DNA from: an uncultured delta proteobacterium
GTDB lineage: Bacteria; Desulfobacterota; Desulfomonilia; UBA1062
Length of the DNA: 64,000 nt
Assembly (NCBI GenBank): GCA_963752595.1
Contig: CAVVYZ010000001.1
Location: 256,001 to 320,000 of the forward strand
Direction of reading: 5' to 3'
In this document: in pieces, positions 22,340 through 34,316 of the stretch
Layout of the letters: each line of letters opens with the position of its first letter
Numbering within the stretch: the stretch's first letter is position 1
Position numbers and translations under genes: made by a program
The notes under the pieces: model-generated
What the model was told of the DNA's origin: nothing
Seen by the model: the letters and a program-made list of their open reading frames with translations, nothing else
Databases searched by the model: none

Positions 22340-25026
22340 TTACGCCCTTCTTTCGAAATTGACGGCACACGCCTTGTATTCCGCTGTCTGCGTGATGGGA
22401 TCGAAGGCCGGGTTCGTGAGCCGGTTTGCGCACCCCTCACGGAAATGGAAGGCCATCCAGACCATGCCGGGCGGCACTTCCTCGGTGAGCCGCGCCTTGA
22501 CCGTTATCTCTCCCCTGCGGGACCATACCCGGATATAGTCGCCGTCTGCAATTTTTTGCCTTTTTGCATCCGTAGGCGAGATATCCGCCGTCTCTTCAGG
22601 AAGGATCGCATCCATTCCGGAGCGGCCGGTCTGGGTGCGGGTATGGTAGTGGAAGAGCCTGCGGCCGGTGGAAAGGACATAGGGATAGTCCTTGTCAGGG
22701 ACCTCGGCCGGCGGAGTCCAGTCCGCGATCGTGAATATGTCCTTGCCGTGGATGAATTTTCCGTCCCGGTGGAGGAACGATGTGCCCGGGTGATCTTCGT
22801 TGGGGCAGGGCCACTGGATGCCGTCTTTCTCGATCCTCTGGTACTTGATGCCGGCCATGGCCGGGACCAGGACCGAGACCTCGTTGTCCCAGATTTCAGG
22901 CCCGCTGTCCGAGGCCCACTCATGGCCCATGCGCTTTGCGATCTCTCTGAAAATCCACCAGTTGGGCTTCGCCTGGCCCGGAGGCGTGCTCACCTTGCGC
23001 ACCCGGCTCACCCTTCGCTCGCTACTCGTAAACGTGCCGTCATCCTCGCTCCAGGCCGCGGCCGGGAGCACGACATGGGCAAACCGCGTGGTCTCGGTGG
23101 GGAAGATATCGTTGCATACAAGGAACTCGGCGGATTCCAGACAATGCTCGACATGCGTAATGTCGGGCTCGGAGTTCGCCATGTTTTCTCCGAAGATATA
23201 CAATGCCCTGATCTTCTTCGCGGGCAGCGATTCCAGCATGGCAGGGATCATGATGCCCGGTTTTTCCGGCAGCTTGTCCACGCCCCAGGCCTTCTCGAAT
23301 TTGGCCACGGGCATCCGCGTTCGCAACCTGCTGATAGCCCGGGAACACGTTGGGCAGTGCCCCCATGTCGCAGGCGCCCTGGACGTTGTTCTGGCCGCGC
23401 AAGGGGTTGACGCCCCCGCTCTCCACGCCCATATTGCCCAGCAGCATCTGGAGGTTTGCAACGGATACGACGTTGTTTCTTCCACAGGTATGCTCGGTGA
23501 TTCCCAGGGTGTAGCAGACCATGCACGGCTTTACTGATGAGAGCAGGTATGCGATCTCCCGGATCTTGTCAGCTTCGACCCCCGAAATCTCGGCGGCCTT
23601 TTCCAGGGGGATAATGTGCCAGCACATGCTCTCTGAATGCCTCGAAGCCTTTGCAGTTCTGCTCCACAAAAGCCTTGTCATAGAGATCTTCTTTGGTGAG
23701 TACATGCATGAGCCCGTTCAGGAACGCGATGTCGGAGCCCACTTTGATCTGGGCGAAGATATCGGAGAACTCCACGAGAGGCTGTCTTCTCGGGTCCACC
23801 ACGATCAGCTTGGCCCCTTTCTCCACGGCATTCTTCAGGAAGGTGGCCGCAACGGGATGTGCCTCGGTCATGTTGGTGCCTATGCAGAAGAACATCTTCG
23901 CTTTTTGGAACTCGCCGAACGAGTTGGTCATTGCCCCGGACCCGAAAGCTGTTGCCGGACCGGCAACGGTGGGCGCGTGTCACGTTCGCGCGCAGTGATC
24001 GATGTTGTTGGTGCCGATCACCGCGCGGAAGAGCTTCTGCATCTGGTAGGAATCTTCATTCGTGCTTCGGGCACAGCTCACGCCCGCGATTGCATCCGGG
24101 CCGTGTTTCGCGATGATCTTCTTGAATTTATCAGCCGTCAGGTTGAGCGCCTCGTCCCACGATGCCTCCCGGAACACTCCTTTTTCTTTGATGAGCGGCA
24201 TGGTCAGCCTGTCTTCGGAATAGATGAAATCATACCCATACCGGCCTTTAACGCAGAGCCGTCCCTTGTTGGGGGAGCCGTCCTCCACGCCGGTGAATTT
24301 CATGATCCTCCCGCCCTTGACGTGAAGGTCCAGCTGGCAGCCCACACCGCAATAGGGGCACGTGGTCCTGACTTTTGTTAGATCCCACACTCGGGCCTTG
24401 CCGATGGACTTCTTGTTGGTGAGGGCCCCTACCGGGCATATCTCGGGTGCATTCGCCGCACTGGACGCACGAAGATTCTCCCATGGGGTCATTGCAGCCG
24501 AAACCTATCTCGGCTTCATATCCCCTTTTCATAACTTTCATGGCGCGGTTGACCACGACATGATTGCATGCCTCAGCACATCGCCCGCACAGGATGCACT
24601 TGGTATGGTCGATGCGTATGAAGGCGGAGCTGTCGTCAAAATGGGGCAAGCGCTCCGCTTTCCAGATATCAGTGCTCTCGATCTTCAGATTATACGCAGC
24701 GTCCTGCAGCTCACAAGCCCCGGTTTTTTCGCATATGATACAGTCATGGTTTCCCGAGGAAAGGGCCAGCTTTATCACGAAACGCTGAACTTCAAGGGCC
24801 CGCTCGGAACCGGTGACGATCTCCATTCCATCGGCGATCACGGTGTTGCAGGCGGTCACCAGCCCCGGGCTGCCTTTCACCTCGACGACGCATGTCCGGC
24901 ATCTCGCATGAGCGCCGACCTTTTCATGATAGCACAAGGTCGGGATGTACACCCCGACTGCACGGGCAGCCCCAAGGATGGTCTGCCCTTTTTGCGCGGT
25001 ATGCCGCATTCCGTTGATGGTAATAT

Positions 25027-25030
<4 letters not shown>
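22340..25030 (-). CDS. fdhF: Cytoplasmic selenocysteine formate dehydrogenase alpha subunit (FDH-2; paralog of FDH-1, frameshifted)
   Basis: IPTLCYH, KCILCGRC, TTCPYCGVGC, NNIDHCART-TGA(23982-23980)-HAPTVAG, PLRGQNNVQGACDMG, TAEYKACAV. Confidence 0.88.
23951..23979 (-). promoter_or_regulatory. Bacterial SECIS hairpin of FDH-2
   Basis: Minus strand GTTGCC-GGTCC-GGCAAC downstream of the TGA; compensatory stem change relative to the FDH-1 hairpin. Confidence 0.8.
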
Positions 25031-25482
<452 letters not shown>

Positions 25483-25513
25483 GGCCCATCTCCTTTATTC
25501 TATAGAAGTCGTA

Positions 25514-26765
25514 TCAGTTGTTTTTTGCCTTTTTCTCAAATTCGGGGCGGAAGAGACGCAAGGCAGAGAGAACCGGTTCAACCATGCCGGTGCCCATAGG
25601 GCAGAAGGTCCGGCCATGAATACCTTTGGCCAGGTACTCCAGCTCTTCGATATCCTTCATGGAGCCTTTTCCTGCTGTAAGATTTTCCAGGTGCATAAGC
25701 ATCTGCCTCCCCCCGAGGCGGCACGGCAGACAGTTGCCGCATGATTCATGCACAAAGAAGCGGATGGTCCGCCGAACCACTTCGACGATATCCGTCGTCC
25801 CGTCCATCACGATGACGGCCCCGGTTCCCAGGGCTGAACCTGCGGCCTGCAGTGTTTCAAAGGCCATGGGCGTGGATACCTTGTCGCCGCTCAAAAGAGG
25901 GGTGGAAGCCCCGCCCGGGACGATGGCCTTAATGTCACGTCCCTTGCGGATACCGCCTGCATGCTCGTAGATGATCTCCTTGAGGGTCGGTGCCCAGGGG
26001 CAGCTCGAAGTTGCCCGGACGGTTCACATGCCCGCTCACACAGAAGATCTTTATCCCCTTGCTCTTTTCCGTTCCGATTCCAAAGTGCCACTGAGCCCCT
26101 CTGAGGATAATGTGAGGTATGTTGGAGAGCGTCTCGCAGTTCTGTACGAGAGTCGGTTTGTCCCACATGCCCTTATTCGCAGGATAGGGCGGTTTCTGCC
26201 TGGGCACGCCGCGCTTACCTTCCAGCGATTCTATCATTGCCGTCTCTTCACCGCAGATATATGCACCGGCCCCGCGATGAACAGATACATCAAGGTCAAA
26301 GCCGCTGCCGAGGATATTTTTCCCGAGAAATCCATGCTGGTATGCATCGGAAATAGCTTTTATCCATCGCTTGACCCCGAGGAAAAACTGCCCCGGATAT
26401 AGACAAAGGCCCGGTGGGCCCCTACTGCATACGCGGTAATGATCACCCCTTCCAGGATAGAGTGCGGGTCTCTCTCAACGATGAGCCGATCCTTGAAGGT
26501 TCCCGGCTCGCCCTCGTCGGTGTTTACGGCCAAATATCTGACCGGCGCGTTCTTTCGGCATGAATCCCCACTTGACCCCTGTGGGAAAGCCTGCACCGCC
26601 GCGGCCTCTCAGGCCCGAATTCTTCACTTCGGCAATAATGCTCTCAGGGGACATCGACAAGACTTTTTTAAGCGCCTGATAGCCCCCGTATTTTAAGTAG
26701 GTGTCTATTTTTTCTGAGTTGGGACGATCGACATTTGCCAGAAGGACAGGTTCCCAGTGCGCCAT
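25514..26765 (-). CDS. nuoF: NuoF/HoxF-like NADH/FMN-binding subunit (frameshifted)
   Basis: SGLRGRGGAGFPTGVKW, NTDEGEPGTFKDR, GAYICGEETA, HESCGNCLPCRLG, TFCPMG. Confidence 0.88.
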
Positions 26766-26766
26766 A

Positions 26767-27243
26767 CTACACCTCCCCCATGAGACGTTCCAGAATATCG
26801 TCGATGCTCGCAGGCGAAAGGTTCTCGTAGAGCTGGTCATTCACGCGCATGGCAGGGGCTGTCCCGCAGGATGCGAGGCACTGGACGGTTTCAAGGGTGA
26901 ATCTCCCATCGCTGGTGGTTTCTCCCGGTACGATGCCCAGCTTGGCGCTGACATACTCGACCACCCGCTCCGCCCCGTCGTTCAAATAGCACGAGAGACC
27001 CTCGCAAACCTGGATGACATGGCGGCCCACAGGCTCCATCCGGAACAGGGTGTAAAAACTCGCGGTGCTGTATACCTCTCCGTCCGTCAATCCCAGACGC
27101 TTTGCCACCTGGTGAACGGCATCCCTGGTCAGGTATCCATTCTGTTCCTGTGCGATATAGAGCGCTGCGAGCAGCATGGACTGCTCACCGGGATCGACTT
27201 TTGCGCCGACTTCAGGTTTCCGGGAAGTACTCCTGGCATTCAT
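26767..27243 (-). CDS. nuoE: NuoE-like [2Fe-2S] subunit
   Basis: ASFYTLF, IQVCEGLSC, TVQCLASCGTAPAM; AAGGAG RBS before ATG 27243. Confidence 0.9.
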   Translation of the reverse strand: MNARSTSRKPEVGAKVDPGEQSMLLAALYIAQEQNGYLTRDAVHQVAKRLGLTDGEVYSTASFYTLFRMEPVGRHVIQVCEGLSCYLNDGAERVVEYVSAKLGIVPGETTSDGRFTLETVQCLASCGTAPAMRVNDQLYENLSPASIDDILERLMGEV

Positions 27244-27378
27244 CGTTAGACTCCTTTCTACTGGAAATATACCTGCATATAAGGTCTGCAGGACATGGCG
27301 CTTCACGCACGACCAATGAGCCGGCAGATGCCTCCCTGCATTCATAAAAAACCGGTCTCCCTGCCGCTTCCGAAGGAC

Positions 27379-27394
27379 AGCAATAATAATGCCA
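27379..27394 (-). promoter_or_regulatory. Candidate sigma54 (-24/-12) promoter of the nuoE-nuoF-RR-fdh-HK operon
   Basis: Minus strand TGGCATTATTATTGCT with exact GG-N10-GC spacing, about 135 nt upstream of nuoE. Confidence 0.65.
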
Positions 27395-27469
27395 TAAAAA
27401 GCATAATAAGAAAGACTATCATAATTAAGGTATTATAAAAGCATATCCTGGAACTGATATCCGGTGAGC

Positions 27470-27528
27470 GGGGCTATTTACCCCTACCTCCGGGGATATA
27501 TTCCCCTTCGGACAGGAAAAATTGCTCC
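27470..27528. promoter_or_regulatory. Tandem palindromic sites (candidate enhancer-binding-protein UAS)
   Basis: GGGG-N7-CCCC at 27470-27484 and 27492-27506 and a degenerate copy at 27514-27528, with 22-bp period. Confidence 0.5.
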
Positions 27529-27557
27529 GACTGAAGGGGCTGAAAGCTCTTTTAGAA

Positions 27558-27577
27558 TTATGTTATCAATAACATAA
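27558..27577. promoter_or_regulatory. Perfect palindrome upstream of the periplasmic FDH operon
   Basis: TTATGTTAT-CA-ATAACATAA. Confidence 0.55.
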
Positions 27578-27703
27578 ATAAAAGATATTATTCATTTTTA
27601 ATCTTTATGAATGGCCAATTCTCCATTGACTTTGTCTGAGAAAAGTCATTATATGTCCGAGAGATACATATATACATCAATACATAAAAGAGGAGGGGTT
27701 TGG

Positions 27704-30700
27704 ATGCAAGTTACGCGTAGGGGCTTTTTAAAGCTGACCGGCGTCGTCAGTGCGTCGTCCGCTTTAGGCCTGAATTTCAAGCCGGTGAAGGCGTATGCTG
27801 CCGAGCTCAACAAGATGAACCGGATCAAGACGGCCAAGCAGTACATAACCATCTGCTGCTACTGTTCTGTCGGCTGCGGTCTCATCTGCAGCGTGGACAA
27901 GCGTGACCGGCAAAATTTTCAACATCGAAGGCGATGCCGACCATCCCATCAATGAAGGCTCGCTGTGCGCCAAGGGCGCAGGTTTCTTCGACCTCACCGA
28001 GGCCAACAAGCACCGCCTGCGCAAGGTTCTGTACCGGGCCCCGTAAAGCGACAAGTGGGAAGAAAAGGACTGGGACTGGGCCATGAACCGCAATCGCCCG
28101 CCTGGTCAAGGACACGCGCGACAAGGACTTTATCGTCGACAAACGAGAAGGGCCAGCTCGTGAACCGGTGCGAATCCATCGGCCATCTCGGGAGCTCCAA
28201 TATCGACAATGAAGAATGCTGGCTCATGACGCATGTCATGCCGCGCCATGGGTCTGGTGCACATCGATCATCAGGCCCGTGTCTGACACAGTCCCTCTGT
28301 AGCGGCTCTGGGAGAGTCGTTCGGCCGTGGTTCGATGACGAACCATTATATCGATCTGAAAAACAGTGACTGTATCCTTATCATGGGCAGCAATGCCGCA
28401 GAGCACCACCCCATCGCATTCAAATGGATACTTCAGGGCAAAGGAAACAAGGGGCCAGGATCATTCATGTTGATCCCCGCTATACCAGGACTTCCGCCCG
28501 TTGCGATTATCATGTTCCGCTTCGCTCCGGAACGGATATCGCCTTCCTGGGCGGCATGATCAACTACATCATAAATAACGACAAGATATTCCATGACTAT
28601 GTCGTCAACTACACCAATGCTCGTTCATCGTGGGCCAGACTATAACTTCAAGGACGGTCTTTTCTCCGGCTATGATGCGAAAAGCGCAAGTACAACAAGG
28701 ACACCTGGGTCTTCGATAAGGACGCAACGGGCGTTCCCAAAACGGGACATGACCCTGCCGATCCCCGTTGCGTGTATCAGCTCATGAAAGCAGCATTATT
28801 CCCGCTACACCCTGGACAAGGTCTCCGGCATCACCGGCGTATCAAAAGAAAATCTCATGCGGGTTTACACGGAATACGCTGCCACCGGCGCGCCGGACAA
28901 GGCCGGCACCGATCTGCTATGCCATGGGCTGGACCCAGCACACGACAGGCAGCCAGATCATCCGCACCATGTCCATTATCCAGCTCTGCTCGGGAATATG
29001 GGCATCGCCGGCGGCGGCGTCAATGCGCTGCGCGGCGAGCCCAATGTGCAGGGTTCGACCGACCATGCCATTCTCTATAATCTCCTGCCCGGGTATCTGA
29101 AAATGCCGTCAGGCTCACTCGACACCCTGAAGAAATATCTCGAGAAATACACGCCCAAGTGCAATGATCCGCAGTCGGCCAACTTTTACAAGAACTATCC
29201 CGAAGTTCTTTGTGAGCTTTCTGAAGGCCATTACGGCGACACGGCCACCCCAGAAAACGAGTTCGGCTACTCCTGGCTGCCCAAGCTCGATGACGGCAAG
29301 CACTATTCCCTCATGCACCTGTTTGACAAAATGTATGCCGGCAAGATGAAGGGGCTTTTTGCCGTACGGAACAGACCCGGCCGTGAGCTCGCCCAACACC
29401 ACCAAGGTCCGCAAGGCCCTGGAAAAGCTCGACTGGCTGGTCAGCGCCAAATCTTCGACAACGAGACCTGCTCATTCTTGAAGGGCCCGGGCGTTGACCC
29501 GAAAAGATCAAGACCGAGGTGCTTCCTGCTGCCCGCGCGGCCACCATGGAAAAGGAAGGCAGCCAGAGCAACAGCGGCCGCTGGGTGCAGTGGAAGTACA
29601 AGGCCGCCGAATCCGCCGGAAGACGCCATCCCCGTGGGCGAGATCTTGATCAGGATCATGTCGCCGTCAAGGCCTGTATGCAAAGGAAGGCGGCACAATG
29701 CCCGAACCCATTCTCAACCTCAAGTGGGACTATACCGATGCCAAGGGCCAATACGACGCCCTCAAGGTGGCCAAGCAGATCAACGGCTACTTTCTGAAGG
29801 ACACGGTCATCGAAGACAAGGACAAGGGCACGAAGAAGGAGTACAAGAAAGGCGATCTGGTGCCCGCTTTCGGCATGCTCATGGACGACGGCACCACCTC
29901 CAGCGGCAACTGGGTCATGGCCGGCAGCTTTGACGCGAAAGGCGAGAACAAGATGGCCAAGCGCGGCAAGGAAGACCCCACCGGCCTGGGCCTTTACCCC
30001 AACTGGTCCTATGCCTGGCCGGTGAACCGCCGCATCATCTACAACCGGGCTTCCTGCGATGTCAACGGCAAGCCCTACAATCCCAAGCGCAAGATTCTGG
30101 AATGGACCGGCGACAAATGGGTGGGCGATGTGCCCGACGGCCCCTGGCCGCCCATGGCGGACAAGGAAAAGGGGAAATACCCTTCATCATGAAGACGACG
30201 GGTCGGCGCCTGTTCGGCCCCGGCATGGCCGAAGGCCCCTTCCCCGAGCACTATGAACCACTGGAAGGCCCGCTGGCCAAGAACCCCTTGTCCGGCCAGC
30301 TCATCAACCCGGCCATCAAGATATTCAACAGCGAGATGGACAAGGTTGCCAATGCGAGTGATGAAGTTTCCCTATGTCTGCACGACCTACTCCTGCACCG
30401 AACACTGGTGCTCCGGCGCCCTGACCCGCTGGCAGGCATGGCTCCTGAGATGCAGCCCGAGCTGTACGTGGAGATCGGCGACGAGCTGGCCAGAGAAGCT
30501 CGGCATCAAAAACGGCGAAAGGGTCAAGGTAGCGTCTGTCCGCGGCAAGGTGGAATGCGTGGCCATGGTCACCAAGCGCTTCAAGCCCTTCAAGATCGAG
30601 GGCAAGACCGTTCATCAGGTCGGGCTGCCCTTTAACTACGGCTGGCTCTATCCCGAAGGACGGCGGCGACAGCACCAACTTCCTGACCCCGACCGTGGCG

Positions 30701-30759
30701 ACGCCAATACCTTCTGCCCGGAGTACAAGGCGTTCATGGTCAATGTGAAGAAAGCATAG
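27704..30759 (+). CDS. fdnG: Tat-exported selenocysteine formate dehydrogenase alpha subunit (FdnG/FdhA type; many frameshifts)
   Basis: TRRGFLK Tat motif, ICCYCSVGCG, HIDHQARV-TGA(28284-28286)-HSPSVAALGESFGRGSMTN, NALRGEPNVQGSTD, PEYKAFMVNVKK. Confidence 0.88.
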
Positions 30760-30770
30760 GGGGATAAGAC

Positions 30771-31562
30771 ATGGAAAATAAAGAATTCGTAAAACTCATC
30801 GATACCAGCAAGTGCACTGCCTGCCGCGGCTGTCAGGTCGCGTGCAAGCAGTGGAATGAGCTGCCGGGATCTAAGAACCAAAAATCTCGGCAGCTACCAG
30901 AACCCGCCCGATCTGCAGTGGAACACCTGGACCCTCATCCGCTTTCAGGAATATGAGGACAACGCGGGCCGCTTCAACTGGCTGTTCCGCAAGGACGGGT
31001 GCATGCACTGCACGGATGCGGCATGCATCAAGGTCTGCCCGAGCGGTGCCCTGTATCCATACGGAACACGGCACGGTCGGGTTAACCGGGAGGCATGCAT
31101 CGGATGCAAGGCCTGCACCTCTGCCTGTCCCTTCAACATCCCAAGTTACAATGCAGAGACCGAGAAGGTCTACAAGTGCGACCTCTGCTACGACAGGCTC
31201 CAGGGCGGAAAAACGCCCGCCTGCGTGCTCTCCTGCATCACCGGGGCCCTCTCCATCGGCGACAAGGACACCATGATCAAAAAGGCCTATGACCGCATGG
31301 AGCAGCTCGAAGGCAAGGCCGATCGTGTACGGAGACAAGTTCGTGGGCGGAACCCACGTGATGTACATCCTTTCCGAGCCGCCGGCCATCTATGACAATC
31401 TCCCTGTTAACCCCAAGGTGCCCGCTATCGGTCATCCTGTGGAAAAACCTGTTCAAGCCGTTTACCCTCATCGGCATGGGCGCGGTTGCCGGCATGGCTG
31501 CACTGCATTATCTGATCAAGGGCCCCCATGAGGTCCATGAAAAGAATGAAGGGGGTGAGTGA
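30771..31562 (+). CDS. fdnH: Formate dehydrogenase 4Fe-4S beta subunit (frameshifted)
   Basis: IDTSKCTACRGCQVACKQWN, CMHCTDAACIKVCP, CIGCKACTSACPF, KCDLC...PACVLSC. Confidence 0.88.
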
Positions 31563-31563
31563 T

Positions 31564-32199
31564 ATGTCGAATCATACCGCAGACATGGTAAAGGTAACGG
31601 ACGCAACCGAGCGGATCGCACACTGGATACTGGCAGGGAGCTGTCTCTTCTGCCTGTTCTCGGGCTTAGGCCTGATGTTCCATTCATGGAATTTCATTCC
31701 GGCGCTGCTGGGCGGCCTGTACGCCACCAAGTGGATGCACATCTTCTCGGGCGTGGTGTTCTCTTTCTCGCTGATCTACGCCTATTTCATGTGGCAGAAG
31801 GACTGCGCCTTCGAACCTGATGATGCGAAATGGATCATGAACGGCGGAGGCTACCTCTGGGAGACGACGAACCTGCCCCCGGTATACAAGTATAACGCCG
31901 GACAGAAGCTTTTCTTCTGGTTCGTGATGATCTTCGGCTTAATTATCATAGTAAGCGGACTGGTCATGTGGAACCCGCTCATTTTCCCCGATCTCGTAGC
32001 GCGCTGGTCTTATCCTCTCCACGCCATGAGCGCTTTTGTCATCGGGTCGTTCTTCGTGGTGCATCTCTACCTGGGCACCATCGGCAACCCCGGGACGGCC
32101 AAGGCCATGTTCACCGGCTTCTGCTCCAGGGCCTGGTGCGAAACCCATTGCCCGCGCTGGCTTGCAGAGCGCGATAACAAGCAGATCGGCGCAGAATAA
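31564..32199 (+). CDS. fdnI: Formate dehydrogenase cytochrome b (gamma) subunit
   Basis: ERIAHW, KWMHIFSG, KYNAGQK, YPLH...VVHLY heme ligands; four TM segments. Confidence 0.9.
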   Translation: MSNHTADMVKVTDATERIAHWILAGSCLFCLFSGLGLMFHSWNFIPALLGGLYATKWMHIFSGVVFSFSLIYAYFMWQKDCAFEPDDAKWIMNGGGYLWETTNLPPVYKYNAGQKLFFWFVMIFGLIIIVSGLVMWNPLIFPDLVARWSYPLHAMSAFVIGSFFVVHLYLGTIGNPGTAKAMFTGFCSRAWCETHCPRWLAERDNKQIGAE

Positions 32200-32219
32200 G
32201 TTCAAAGCTTGAATCAGAC

Positions 32220-32267
32220 GCGATCCCCCTTAATGCTTTGCATAAGGGGGATCGCATTCTCTTTTTT
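32220..32267 (+). terminator. Rho-independent terminator of the fdn-like operon
   Basis: 13-bp stem GCGATCCCCCTTA/TAAGGGGGATCGC followed by ATTCTCTTTTTT. Confidence 0.8.
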
Positions 32268-32359
32268 CTCAATCCCATCGAGGAAGAGAATACAGGCGGC
32301 GAGGATCTCCCTCGGTACAGCATATTTATCGGAAAGCGTGATACTATCCTGCAGAAGGC

Positions 32360-34033
32360 CTATCCGGAATCGCCGTTCAGGTAGAGCTTGATCTTTCTGC
32401 GGATGGACTCGGGGAGCTTGATGCCGATGGCATTCAGCCGCGACTCGTACTTTCTTAACGACCTCATGTGCGGGGAGGTGGTGGAGAAGATCTTGAGATA
32501 GGACTGGATGCTCCCCTCCAGCTCCTTCCGGAAGAGCCATATCCTGGTTGAGCAGGTCCTCGATCGGGGCGATGACCCGGTAGTTGATGGGCCGGCACAT
32601 CGAACGGTAGGCGACGAACCGCTGCGTCATTCGCACTCGTAGTTCTTCTCGACGATGCTCTTCTCCACCCGGTTAAGTTGATGCAGTCCATGATCTGGAA
32701 ATCGAACCTGTCCCTCAGTATTCCTCTGATCATTTCCGCGGTCTTTATCAGGTACGGGCACTTGTCCATGTCGCCCTCGCAGTCGGTGTCGCATCGCAGG
32801 TAGAGGACGAAATCGATATCCGAGCCCGGCTGGAGACGCCCCATGTTCACCGAGCCCATGACGTCCATGGCGATGTGGCCCTGGATCTTGTCCTCGAGCA
32901 ACTGGGCCACCTCTTCGAGCATGTCGATCCGTGTCTTCGGTCTCCTGGGTCTGGAACATCCGGTAAAATTTCTTGATCTCGTTGAAGAGCTCGATCTCGG
33001 GGATATGGGAGTATTTTTCAACGGTGGTATCGTAATTCTCCCTTCTTCAGGGCCTTGTACCGCTCCTGGTCGATGATCTCCTCGATCCAGACATCGTTCT
33101 TTCGGGTAGTAATCGGCCACATCGTAGATCTGTCTTCGCAGATCTTCTTGAAGATGATCTTCTGGACTTCCCGGCCGTCGATATCGATCTGGTAGAAGAA
33201 GCCGCCCTCGGTGACCTCGCCGGTCGTTTGCGTGACTTCGCCGAAGTTCGAGGGGTTGAGGAAGAGGGTGTCGTCCAGGGGCTTGACCCCCCATGCATCA
33301 TGGGCATGGCCGGTCAGGCAGAGCATGACCGGGTTGTTGTCGCAGTATGTGCGCAGCGAGGGCGAGCCGAACGGGCCGCCGTAGGATGTCTTGTCGTTTA
33401 TGCCGTAGGCAGGCTGATGGGTAACGATGATATCGGGCTTTACCGCCCTGAAGAACCGGTACATCTCATTGTGCTTTTCATTGATGCCCATGCCGGCCTG
33501 GTAATTGACGATGTAGCGCTCCGGGATGCCCGCGGTCCAGACATCTGCGCCGCCGTACCCGCATATCCTGAGGCCCTCGAGTGGTACCAGTGGAGGTGCA
33601 GGTCGTAATCGTGCAGCGAGGTATACTTGAGGTCCATGTCGTAATTGCCCGGGCAGGCAGAAGACGTGGGATTTCGGCTTCATGAAGATGATGTTCTTCA
33701 GCACCTTGTACTTCTGCTGCATGACCCGGCGGGCGCGGATGGTGTAGCTGCTGGTACCTTGGTCCCATTTGTCTCGATCTCTTCCGAGACGTTCGGGTCT
33801 TCGAGGAGATCGTCAACGAAGTCTTCGATGAGCATGTGCTCTGTGCCCATCTTCCTGCGCAGCCCGTGGAAATACGACTGGATCTCGTGGTACCGGATCG
33901 AGGTCCCCATGTTGTAGAAGGGGATGTCGATGAGGTCTCCGGCGATGATATAAACGTCGGCCACGGTCTCGCAGAGGAGGTTCTTCACCTTCTCGAAATC
34001 GCCGTGGATATCGGTTGCATAGATAATCTTCAT
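32360..34033 (-). CDS. Calcineurin-like metallophosphoesterase apparently fused to a Pol-beta-type nucleotidyltransferase domain (frameshifted)
   Basis: TDIHG, AGDLID, LPGNYD, VTHQP, TGHAH, then VMGSVNMG...GSDIDFVLY; reading frame reconstructed by eye across several indels. Confidence 0.7.
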
Positions 34034-34316
34034 TTTCTGCCGTATCGGTTTTTATCAGGGGGAAAATAAACCGGTATCCGGGTTTGCCGCATCGTGCCCG
34101 CCATTGTCTGCCGCTATCTTTCACATTACCGTTATCACAAAGAGAGCGGACAAACCAACCGGTTTCTCATAAGGCCCGGTGCCGGAGTCCTCCCATTCCT
34201 CTCGCGACTTTGCTTTGCGGGTGCCCAGGGGGAGAGGATACAGGAGAGGGGATAAAATAAACGGCTTTTTGATACCCCGCTGCTTGCGGCGGCGACCTTC
34301 GTCGCAGGGCAGACAG

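Noticed and set aside
21680-23410. 576-aa plus-strand ORF and other long antisense ORFs (e.g. 2070-3020, 4723-5817, 12301-13416, 36620-37534)
   Set aside because: Shadows of real genes on the opposite strand in GC-rich coding DNA; no recognisable motifs
28044-28046. TAA in the periplasmic FDH alpha frame as a recoding event
   Set aside because: Lies in an indel-rich stretch at a non-catalytic position; most simply a base error
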